NCBI GenBank assembly: GCA_033722095.1
Contig: JAWVZQ010000001.1
Location: 1-56,690 of the forward strand
Direction of reading: 5' to 3'
DNA from: Wenzhouxiangellaceae bacterium
GTDB taxonomy: Bacteria > Pseudomonadota > Gammaproteobacteria > Xanthomonadales > Wenzhouxiangellaceae
Length of the DNA stretch: 56,690 nt
The position numbers and the translations under genes are program-made. The notes under the pieces are model-generated. The model was not told where the DNA came from. It made no database searches and worked only from the letters and a program-made list of their open reading frames with translations. Positions 51,501 through 56,690 of this stretch are shown here, in pieces; position 1 is the stretch's first letter, and each line of letters opens with the position of its first letter.

Positions 51501-53080
51501 ATGACGTCGGGCGTGAGCGTGCTGTCGTTGACGCCCTCGTCGGAGGGGCAGATCAGGAAGCACGGTGCCGCCGAATCGGCCGTGCAGCGCGCCTCGCCGG
51601 GATCGCCGAGAAGTTCGCCCGGGACGTCGTCGATGAGCCTCGCCCCGCCCTCGCCCGGGCCGTTGCCGACGTCGCTGGGGCCGAGGTTGGTGACCGTGAT
51701 GGTGTACATGAACGCGTCGCCGGGATTGACCGTCGTCGCACTCGACACCTTGGTGACCTGCAGATCGGCGCGGCGATCGATGCTCAGCGACAGCGTGCCC
51801 GCATCGTTCATCGCATCGTCCTCCACGTCGCCGCTGGCGGGGGACGGCGTGGCCGTGATCTCGAGCGGATCGAGCAGGGAGCCGCTGTCGTAGTCGACCT
51901 GCGTCAGTGCGATGGCCACCGAACCCGAAGCCGCAACGTCGAGATCGACGGTGATGTCTTCGCCGGCGGCCAGGTCGCCGCCGGCCGGCGAGCAGGTCGC
52001 ACCCATGGGGCAGTCCCAGCGCGCGCTCTCGACCTCGACGGGCAGCGCGACGACGACCGACGCCCCGATCGCGTCCGAGGGCCCGGCATTGGCGATCGTC
52101 ACCGTGGCCGTATTGCCGGTGCTGCCCGGGATGTAGCTGGTCCCCGAAGTGGTGACCGACGCCGACAGATCGACATGCGCCTCGCGCGCGACATCGGCGG
52201 TATCGGTGTTCGAGAGCGTGCCGCTGGTCGTGCCCACGTCGGCCGAGACCGCGGCCGCATTGGTCAGCGTGGCGTCGGTCAGGCTGCTCGGATAGGCAAG
52301 CGTCAGCGTGAAGTCCAGCGACCCGCCGGCAACGATGTCGAAGGTCTGGGTGTTGCCGGTCCCCAGCGATGCGGGACAGCTCGCGCCGCCCGAGCCGCTG
52401 CATGCCCAGTCGTCCACGCTCGTGCCGGCCGGCAGCGTGTCGGTCAGCGTCACGCCGGAGGCGTCGCTGGGCCCGTCGTTGGACACGACGATCGAGAACG
52501 TGCCGGTCTGGCCGGGCACGTAGACCATGGAATCGGCCGTCTTGGCGACGCCGAGGTCGCTGACGAGGTCGAGGGCACTGCCGATCGTGCAGGTATTCAT
52601 CGGACAGGAATCGGCGCCGTCGCCGCCGAACGTATCGGCATCGGTGTCCGTGACGAGCACGTCGAAGTAGAGCGGATCGACCGTCAGCGACGAGGCGTAA
52701 TCGACGCTCAGCGTGAACTCGATGAAGCCGCCGGCGGCGATATCGCTGTTGTTCGAGGCGAGGTTGCCGCCGTTCGTCGTGGTGCTGCAGCTCGTTGCCA
52801 TGCCGCCGTCATCGGCGCAGCTGACGGCCTGCAGGGTCACGCCGGCGGGGAAATTCGTGTCGATGTCGACGTTGGCGGCATCGGTGGTGCCGGTGTTGTC
52901 GATCCGGATCGTGTAGGTGATGCCCGTCTCGCCGGGCGTGTACTGGGCGGGCGCCGTGAAGTCCGTGACCAGGTCGACGGTGGCGGCGGCATGGGCCGGG
53001 AGCAGGAGCAGCAGGATTGCCGTCCAGCGTGTAAGGCGGCAGGCCCGGACGGCCCGTGCGAGAGGATTCGTCGAGTTCAA
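39506..53080 (-). CDS. Giant (4524 aa) surface protein/adhesin: tandem DUF11 (conserved repeat) Ig-like domains with inserted lactonase-like beta-propellers
   Basis: TTG start with AAAGGGAG RBS; signal peptide; many DL.VTK...PG...YTI.V.N.GPSDA repeats; many SPDG.HVY blades; MFSDGFE motif near the C-terminus. Confidence 0.9.
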   Translation of the reverse strand: MNSTNPLARAVRACRLTRWTAILLLLLPAHAAATVDLVTDFTAPAQYTPGETGITYTIRIDNTGTTDAANVDIDTNFPAGVTLQAVSCADDGGMATSCSTTTNGGNLASNNSDIAAGGFIEFTLSVDYASSLTVDPLYFDVLVTDTDADTFGGDGADSCPMNTCTIGSALDLVSDLGVAKTADSMVYVPGQTGTFSIVVSNDGPSDASGVTLTDTLPAGTSVDDWACSGSGGASCPASLGTGNTQTFDIVAGGSLDFTLTLAYPSSLTDATLTNAAAVSADVGTTSGTLSNTDTADVAREAHVDLSASVTTSGTSYIPGSTGNTATVTIANAGPSDAIGASVVVALPVEVESARWDCPMGATCSPAGGDLAAGEDITVDLDVAASGSVAIALTQVDYDSGSLLDPLEITATPSPASGDVEDDAMNDAGTLSLSIDRRADLQVTKVSSATTVNPGDAFMYTITVTNLGPSDVGNGPGEGGARLIDDVPGELLGDPGEARCTADSAAPCFLICPSDEGVNDSTLTPDVMGCPVEIVEHRGDLTSTSPAGSLRLSSGSSTEVLLFVSLSGGVENGSQIVNEASVQVDSADPVTELNPMTGNSDPATIDVEISTDLVVTKTDGVTAATPGQSHSYTVTVLNDGIQAANGVRVSDTVPLYPALSAGFVQTSVEWQCRAFGGACCNSGTSSCGTNSPTTLQGVVSLSDHLVDLPGQGRVEFTLTGDLDRRSTGTLTNAASAMLPAGIEETDTTNNDASDDTLMVEDSLLQVSKDLIAIADAGGGRFLLTYIIDVANLGPSFAAGAMVSDPLNDASLDRDNATTPATWTCTVQQDPNGGSTCESGTGALAATVDIDVGGELRFRVEVLTTATPAPTVLNEVTVNAPGGMASDSIESSLTASAELSVTKTDGLMQAVPGRSHQYTITVQNVEGDPVFGARVVDEFPPELENVTWACEAITPIPGDLEEFDAVGPTGTPGGAIVASADGLHVYQLIPELDSLQPYLRNNVPGLNFGAMNEIADRETNGVDDSGDAGPVVENMEGPVDLAISPDGRHVYVLSKADPMSDSQNAIAVFSRQTSPTASDFGQLSFAGSATEGIPADPRSLVVTADNLFVAGDAGAVSVYARNDATGLATFVETQTSGVPADPSALALDAADGLLFAGSGSGQGLAVFSINDDDSMGDPIGRLTLIDTLTSADHAGISDLDVFAATDDLYVSAAGSENVVLVRYGDTNADGVPDPFQLAVYAVPGITSSTLAPDGEHLLAVGASNDTLTRFRRDIVSGTLSEKSVLTRSFDSATPPQCIDECTLAAPVDVLVTSDGRHVLVSTSEGGAVPALAIYTRRAPDPLFALIETDRDSDPGVGDLESPTDVAVSPDGQHVYAVSLSQGSVSLFQRNADAGLTEATAGTHLEFVADWTEGDAVPGGVIAGMSAPEYVLVSPDGSSVFVSSEDGNSVAVFKRLADGSLEFLHSLIDGVDGVEGLAGARGMAMDAQSKNLYVAGGFDASVAVFRRESDLTLTWIGRAQNGVGFNGLTGVRDVAVSPDGAQVYAVADIDDALVAMRRDNESVDPDQFGNLSFLQTVISRVGDRPMAVTVSPGDGDHVYVASQNSDSVSVFRRVSASGDDDYGKLTNARQQFNGEGAITFMNGPRDIEVSPDGKRVYVAAQFDSSLLVFDRDLNRNGANFGALAPVAVSRDDVNGVDGLDNIYALAVSHDSRNVYAAGFDDRAIASFVLGIGSVCTGGGSGMIDDTVTIGVGGFVQYRIEADIRPDATGTLTNTVTVTYPENVTDPNQPGVDRPTVSATDTTQLIPQADLALTKTNNQVSVVAGQPVTYEIRVTNLGPSNVTYDSSNLTVTDLFDGNPDFEPGSVAWSCVASSSGALTFAESIVQDPTAGAVELGLDGVASIAVVPDPDGAGPLTSYLVAASVVDDGIVVFGRAPGDGALTHLMKITDGDALTGGTADLLAGARSVVASPDGRFLYVASQIDDAVTVFELTDNAGALELVLVQSQSGMTGLNQASHVALGASGDVLYVAGSNDDAIAVFSRNAASGELGFLESERDGIDDPDDAGGTVTGLDGVVRLVASPDGAHLYAVSATDRAVATFDVAADGYLSWVRSQFDADLGVDLSGAGGAAMDTVLDMGTTLYVSAGSADRIVVLDRDADPASGTYGVLSVVEEIVQGVNGVSGLLGPRDLVVSKDGAHVYAVAQTSGAVSWYLRDAADGSLDFGGVLSNESSFVTGLGGASAVAIDDALGQVYVAGSADAAVSRFRRNSDSSCPASDTGELNGVAVDIAAGGSVVFQVTATVAATTDGELQNTATVSADPGVDINDTNDSQTDTDQVEVVADLRISKDDGLAEYDGLDGATALAGDARAVYTAGREDDAIGVFRRTVDPGGPEHGELNFTGVMRNGEAGVSGLTDVSDLALSVDRAHLYATGAASNTLVAFDRVPTTGALAFVELEQNGTLGVNGIGGAEALAVSPDDEHVYVAGRLDNSIAVFRREADPMASTYGDLEFVASVQNAVGGVTNLTEPVALTVSPDGLHVYAVSSIDNSVVVFQRNPNPGSSAFGSLSYVDSEVDTVGGVAGLAGAIDVLVAPDGMHVYVLGATTGTLARFSRDPGTGALTFIDFKQDGTAGTTGLAGAAAMRLSSDAAQVYVAGAASDAVVRFDVLGDASLEFAGIVANGDAAPLTGGQVQGLDGVADVLPSPDGEQLYAVGSIDDALATFQRDLVTDPGALSFSAALFDGLGGVAPGSVVTYRIIVENLGPSDVGQITVVDDFPDTFSAISWTCTPSANPAGACTQSGTGSINDSAVSLEAGARVTYVANATVREDATGRLVNTATVTGAGLQDPVIANNTATDDDTVLSPSVDLVVDVDDGMTVATPGEPVEYLVTVDNVGPSFAVDVLVSDAIPAALYDVTWSCSATPVEGVLTQVQMQAQPLDGIRDIVVSGDGLFAYAAGAVGGSGAVAAFLRDPVSGALTPLESWVEGGPIGDGDMVEGLQGVTDLLLSENGNFLYAAGSVSDAIVIFARDAQSGLLTQVGRVRDGESGVDGIGGVTEIVLGPAGVFLYAAGRLDDAVAVFRIDGASGNLLYAGQTVQGIGGVDGLNGVTGLAWSDGHLLAVADENASLAAFERSATTGLLTQVAILQNFELGPPNPPAPLNSPLDVLAVGTRVFVAAGGGNAVSEFEFVPAATVGAEPVLEFVQMIEDGVDGITDLAGPATLAYSERQQRLYVGSPGSETIHLFSLRDTAPELLAQYGTADIPALAGLTRLVIPFDGPLYSLADPGAIGVLARRRGSLCALGGAREIGEQPVEIAPGGRLEFLVGGVIHPNASGQLIYSVEASSRFIERELNPSDNADDDIDTLGPVPDLRVTKTDGLDEVVAGTGITYTIDFDNAGPSDALGALFSDVPPIFPPEDPGLVSGSAMWACTANPPLVDDFVLGVPDFAELAGASALRFSPDGTRLLVANPELDTVLVFDVDALDGSLALAETFSEGMVLGTDPEDAITGLVGASAAALSRDGDALYATGADANSLVVLTRDAEGTWRFEQQLQSGQNGVSGLQGPQDVILSAEERFVFVAAAASDAITVFSREASTGRLTFVERVRDGFGTITPDFDVIRGVRRLHATADGKHLYVVAPVSDSVAAFAIDPDDGTLTYLEALQAGDPGVTGMAGAWDLVAAPGDDQLYVAARDGDAITTLLADPSSGLLSFADSLSGAPIVMPESLAIDAAGSRLYASTADGIVHVLARDWIDGSLEYRGAPVSTAPMPTDLAVLDDPAGLYAVSPAAGSLARFGALPLSRCLVESGTSDAVMFATDVGAGGYGQVIYEATVHPAARGVLVNLAELLPAIGMDADSSDNTGLDSTTVIAVSDLAVTKTGPAQAVAGEVITYDITVTNAGPSDALGIVVTDTPPVPLGNIQWTCSASADSICPASGSGTPMLTATVRVGGQLDITVSGTIDPAFIGLMTNVVTVTPEPGSTDPTTGDLVDDVSTTVVARPDLVATKTTLTSPVVAGLPVQYSLVAANAGPSDAPTVHLSDMLPGPLANATWTCSGSGGATCPASGTGDPEFDASVPAGGAVEVIVTADLAPNAVGTLGNLLRVDVRTPAIDPDIGNNTSSTSDVISVVPDVALALEDPLDPFDPAGPIGMPYLATLTNTGPSSADGLLLTLNVSAPITPESPGCVNAAPEIVECQTGPLGPGQSKVFNLTLFDLPAAPATLVIDGVVVTSGDDPDLSNNVDSTTTLLRTGADIDVTLDNARTWLSPDEPVSYALTVRNIGSVDAGLVDVSLPIAAELLDAGWTCAGSDGASCPGSGTGPIAESISMPSGAAATWTLTGRVDPALDLSVPQSVLMSALAETADPASDINAANNLAVDDDPVRLVMFSDGFESPVRAHESSFEIVQRCTEITVRPAGDAGPRRLEGFDAGGEALFWLDLRRHDDHWWTRMVTLSSRSALTSGWLGPVDPSRGATVRIDDARPLLTDGERLEWMPASSLRSSPAGLRMREPGSTTRGSSFGIAGCDAASAAGGGDR

Positions 53081-53481
53081 CGCTGCAGTCTCCCTTTGCG
53101 GGGGCCGACGCCGCGCTGGACCTGCCGCACGATCGCCTGCCCGACTCCCATCCCGCGACCCGCTGGTCGACGAGACCCGTTCCCTTCATCCCGCGCCGGT
53201 ATCGGGCACCTGTGGCGCAGGTCGCCAAGTCGGAACACTCAATCGGAGTCGGGTCGCTCGGAACGGACTCTGCTGGGCGTTTCGCTCGTTCGGCGGTCGC
53301 TGTCGCGATCCGATACCCGGTCCCTTGCCGGTTCGAATCGCTTCACGAGACAGGATTCCTGCCGCGATCGCCGAGTGAGAAACCTATCACGCTTTTCCGG
53401 AACCGCTCAACCATCCTGCATTTCCGGGCTCTTCGAGCCGATCGGTTTGGAAAAACCGTCGTGCAGGTCCACAATGAGTCG

Positions 53482-54477
53482 ATGGAAAACCAAGATTCCG
53501 ACCATCATCCCTTCGACGGCCTCGGCCCCGACCGGGTACTCGAAGCCGCCGTGGCGGCCGGGCTCGCGACCGACGGCCGACTGCTGGCATTGAACAGCTA
53601 CGAGAACCGCGTCTGGCAGATCGGTCTCGAAGATGCCGACCCGGTCATCGCCAAGTTCTATCGGCCCGACCGCTGGACCGACGAGGCCATCCTCGAGGAG
53701 CACCGCTTCGCACACGAGCTCGCCGAAGGCGAACTCTCCGTGGTCGAGCCGATGGCCTTCGAGGGCCGGACGCTGCTCGATCATGCGGGATTCCGCTATG
53801 CGCTGTTCCCGCGCCAGGGCGGCCACGCTCCCGAGCCCGAGCACGAACCGACGCTGCGCGCGCTGGGCCGCGCGCTCGGGCGCATGCATGCCGTCGGCGG
53901 CGCGCGATCGTTCGAGCACCGCGGCGCGATCTCACCGGCCGCGCTCGGCGAGCGGCCGCGCCGATGGCTGCTCGAGCACGACTGGATTCCGCCGCACCTG
54001 GAGTCGGCATTCGAGTCGCTGACCGGCGACCTCATGGCCCACGTGCAGAACGCATGGAAGCGGGCCGGGGATTTCCGCGAGATCCGGCTGCACGGCGACT
54101 GCCATCCCGGCAACATCCTGTGGCGCGACGGGCCGCACTTCGTGGACCTCGACGACTGCCGGACCGGCCCGGCCGTGCAGGATCTCTGGATGCTGGTGTC
54201 GGGCGAGCGCGCCGAGCGCGAATCGCAGTGGGAATGGTTGCTCGAGGAATACGCGCTGTTCGCCGACTTCGATGCGCGCGAACTCCAGCTCGTCGAGCCG
54301 CTGCGCGCGCTTCGGATGATCCACTACCAGGCCTGGCTCGCCCAGCGCTGGGACGATCCGGCCTTCCCGCGCGCCTTCCCGTGGTTCGACGACGACCGCC
54401 ACTGGGAGACCGTCATCGGCCAGTTGCGCGAGCAGCTCTCGGAGATGCAGGAGCCGGCCGTCGAATGGCGGCGATGA
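53482..54477 (+). CDS. srkA: Stress response kinase SrkA/RdoA (YihE)
   Basis: LNSYENRV, KFYRPDRW, ILEEH.F, LHGDCHPGNILW, DLDD...GPAVQDLWM, AWLAQRWDDPAFPRAFPWF. Confidence 0.95.
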   Translation: MENQDSDHHPFDGLGPDRVLEAAVAAGLATDGRLLALNSYENRVWQIGLEDADPVIAKFYRPDRWTDEAILEEHRFAHELAEGELSVVEPMAFEGRTLLDHAGFRYALFPRQGGHAPEPEHEPTLRALGRALGRMHAVGGARSFEHRGAISPAALGERPRRWLLEHDWIPPHLESAFESLTGDLMAHVQNAWKRAGDFREIRLHGDCHPGNILWRDGPHFVDLDDCRTGPAVQDLWMLVSGERAERESQWEWLLEEYALFADFDARELQLVEPLRALRMIHYQAWLAQRWDDPAFPRAFPWFDDDRHWETVIGQLREQLSEMQEPAVEWRR

Positions 54478-54482
54478 GGTGA

Positions 54483-54517
54483 CGAGCGTCCGGGGCCCGG
54501 CTGGCCCCGGACGCTCG
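54483..54517. terminator. Perfect 15-bp stem-loop between convergent srkA and maeB (likely bidirectional terminator)
   Basis: cgagcgtccggggcc-cggct-ggccccggacgctcg, 5 nt after the srkA stop; no clear U-tract. Confidence 0.6.
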
Positions 54518-54579
54518 ACCTGCGGTTCCGCGACGCTCGCGCGCCGCGCCGACGTCTACCCGAACGCCGTTCGCGCAGC

Positions 54580-56535
54580 CTAGGCTTCGTCGATCGTCAT
54601 CTGGCCGTGCGCACGCTGGTAACGCTGGGCGTCGGCCACGGCGATCGCGGTCATGTTGACGACGCGGCGCACCGTCGCCGACGGCGTCAGCACGTGGGCC
54701 GGGCGACCGGCGCCCATGAGCATGGGACCGACGGTCACGCCCTTGCCGACCACGCGCGCCATGTTGAACGCGATGTGCGCGGCGTCCTGGTCGGGCATGA
54801 TCAGCAGGTTGGCCGCGCCGGCCAGCCTCGAGTTCGGGAAGATCCGGTCACGGACGTTCGGCATCAGCGCCTGGTCGGCGCGCATCTCGCCCTCGACCTC
54901 GAGTTCGGGTGCGCGCTCCCGAAGCAGCGTCAGGACCTTGCGCATCTTCGAGGCCATCGCGTTGACGTGACTGCCGAACGAGGAGTGCGAAAGCAGCGCG
55001 ACCTTCGGCGTGATGCCGAACATGCGCACGCGCTCGGCGGCCATGATCGTCAACTCGGCGAGCTGCTCGGCCGTGGGGTCGGGATTGACGTGCGTGTCGC
55101 AGACGAACCAGGCGCCCGACTCGTTGGTCATCGCCGAGAGCGCACCCATGGTCTTGGCACCCTCGCGGAAGCCGAGCACCTCGCTGACGTACTTGAGCTT
55201 CTTGTGGTACTGGCCGACGACGCCGCAGATCATCGCGTCGGCTTCCTGGCGGTGGACCATGATCGCGGCGATCACGGTGGTACGCGTGCGCACGATCGCC
55301 TTGGCCGAATCCGGCGTCACGCCTCGCCGCTCGGTGATGGAGTGGAACGTCTGCCAGTACTCCTTGAAGCGCGGATCGGATTGCGGATTGACGAGCTCGA
55401 AGTGCTCGCCGGGACGGATGCGCAGTCCGGCCTTCTCGATGCGCATCTCGACGACCTCCGGACGACCCACGAGGATGGGCTTGGCCAAACCGTCGTCGAC
55501 GACGGTCTGCACGGCACGCAGCACCGTCTCTTCCTCGCCCTCGGCGAACACCACGCGCTTCGGATCCTTGCGCGCGGCATCGAAGACGGGCTTCATGAGC
55601 AGGCCGGTGCGGAACACGTACTGCGCCAGCTTCTCGCGGTAGGCGTCCATGTCCTCGATCGGACGCGCCGCGACGCCCGAGTCCATGGCCGCCTGCGCGA
55701 CGGCCGGAGCCAGCTGCATCAGCAGCCGCGGATCGAACGGCTGTGGTATCAGGTACTCGGGCCCGAACTTCGTGGCCTGGCCTTCGTAGGCCTGGGCCGC
55801 GACGTCGGAGGCCTCCATGCGCGCGAGCTCGGCGATGGCGTTCACGCAGGCCATCTTCATCTCGTCGTTGATGGCCGATGCGCCCACGTCCAGCGCGCCG
55901 CGGAAGATGTAGGGGAAGCACAGCACGTTGTTGACCTGGTTCGGGAAGTCCGAACGGCCCGTAGCGATCAGCGCGTCGGGCTGGGCCTCGCGCGCGACGT
56001 CGGGCATGATCTCCGGGACCGGGTTGGCCAGCGCGAGGATGATCGGGCGGCGCGCCATCTGCCGGACCATGTCGGGCTTGAGCACGCCCGGCGCCGAGAC
56101 GCCGAGGAAGATGTCGGCCTTCGGGATCACGTCGGCCAGCGTTCGCGCATCGGTGTCGACCGCATAGCCGGCCTTGCGCTCGTCCATGTCGGTCTCGCGG
56201 CCCTCGTAGACCACCCCCTCGCGGTCGCAGACCACGATGTTCTCCTTCTTCATGCCCATCTTGACCAGCAGGTCCAGGCAGGCCATCCCGGCCGCACCGG
56301 CGCCCGAGGCGACGAGCCGGACCTTCTCGATCTTCTTCTTGACGAGGATCAGCGCGTTGACGACGGCCGCGGCCACGATGATCGCCGTGCCGTGCTGATC
56401 GTCGTGGAAGACCGGAATGTTGACGCGTTCCTTGAGCGCCTCCTCGACCCGGAAGCACTCCGGCGCCTTGATGTCCTCGAGGTTGATGCCGCCGAAGGTC
56501 GGTTCCAGGCTCGCGATCACGTCGACGAGCTGGTC
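54580..56535 (-). CDS. maeB: NADP-dependent malic enzyme with phosphate acetyltransferase-like domain (5' part missing, broken by an inverted junction)
   Basis: [60 protein letters not shown]-like domain. The N-terminus predicted in the ORF track beyond about 56535 is not MaeB-like. Confidence 0.93.
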   Translation of the reverse strand, partial: DQLVDVIASLEPTFGGINLEDIKAPECFRVEEALKERVNIPVFHDDQHGTAIIVAAAVVNALILVKKKIEKVRLVASGAGAAGMACLDLLVKMGMKKENIVVCDREGVVYEGRETDMDERKAGYAVDTDARTLADVIPKADIFLGVSAPGVLKPDMVRQMARRPIILALANPVPEIMPDVAREAQPDALIATGRSDFPNQVNNVLCFPYIFRGALDVGASAINDEMKMACVNAIAELARMEASDVAAQAYEGQATKFGPEYLIPQPFDPRLLMQLAPAVAQAAMDSGVAARPIEDMDAYREKLAQYVFRTGLLMKPVFDAARKDPKRVVFAEGEEETVLRAVQTVVDDGLAKPILVGRPEVVEMRIEKAGLRIRPGEHFELVNPQSDPRFKEYWQTFHSITERRGVTPDSAKAIVRTRTTVIAAIMVHRQEADAMICGVVGQYHKKLKYVSEVLGFREGAKTMGALSAMTNESGAWFVCDTHVNPDPTAEQLAELTIMAAERVRMFGITPKVALLSHSSFGSHVNAMASKMRKVLTLLRERAPELEVEGEMRADQALMPNVRDRIFPNSRLAGAANLLIMPDQDAAHIAFNMARVVGKGVTVGPMLMGAGRPAHVLTPSATVRRVVNMTAIAVADAQRYQRAHGQMTIDEA

Positions 56536-56690
56536 GAGACCGTCGAACGGTTGGAGCCGCAGTTCGGCGGCGTCAACCTCGAGGACATCAAGGCGCCGGA
56601 GTGCTTCGACATCGAGGCGCGGCTGCGCCAGCGGATGAACGTGCCGGTCTTCCACGACGACCAGCACGGCACCGCGATCATCGTCGCCGC
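56369..56690. repeat. Zero-spacer imperfect inverted repeat (161-bp arms) centred at 56529/56530; right arm is a diverged + strand malic-enzyme fragment
   Basis: + strand from 56521 reads [56 protein letters not shown], mirroring the - strand [55 protein letters not shown]. Confidence 0.9.

Noticed and set aside
39506-53080. Repetitiveness as CRISPR or DNA tandem repeat
   Set aside because: Repeats are degenerate protein-level domains with no identical spaced DNA repeats; no cas genes seen.
26073-53080. Operon as a recently acquired island or prophage
   Set aside because: No integrase, transposase, tRNA, flanking direct repeats or evident GC shift seen.
39779-53593. 3189-aa and 1361-aa + strand ORFs
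   Set aside because: Antisense shadows of the 4524-aa gene; the minus frame has the signal peptide, RBS and coherent domains.
56536-56667. Predicted N-terminus [13 protein letters not shown]... of the 695-aa maeB ORF
   Set aside because: It is the antisense reading of the inverted malic-enzyme fragment, not MaeB sequence.

Overview
High-GC (roughly 70%) bacterial chromosomal segment; gene content and style suggest a gammaproteobacterium, possibly Wenzhouxiangella-like (inference only). The left ~26 kb is mostly housekeeping and signalling: 5'-truncated AddA/UvrD-like helicase-nuclease, BlaI plus BlaR1(M56)-TonB pair, macrodomain protein, secreted alpha/beta hydrolase, GGDEF, Pcm-erythromycin esterase fusion, FHA-EAL, membrane Ser/Thr kinase, gltBD, and a membrane TPR protein followed by two small paralogous secreted proteins. 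The standout is a tightly coupled ~27-28 kb minus-strand operon of exported proteins (53080 to 26073, possibly to 24922). In order it encodes: a 4524-aa DUF11/beta-propeller fibre; a parvulin PPIase; a 578-aa unknown; a 2790-aa signal-peptide protein whose C-terminal third looks, by eye, like the translocation channel and C-terminal domain of Tc-toxin A subunits; a 770-aa Calx-beta/propeller protein; and a probable beta-barrel. No TcB or TcC/RHS gene is present in the window. The window ends with srkA and maeB, which is interrupted by a zero-spacer, diverged inverted copy of itself (probably an assembly or read artefact). No rRNA, tRNA, CRISPR array or mobile element was recognised. All homology calls are from reading motifs by eye; no searches were run.
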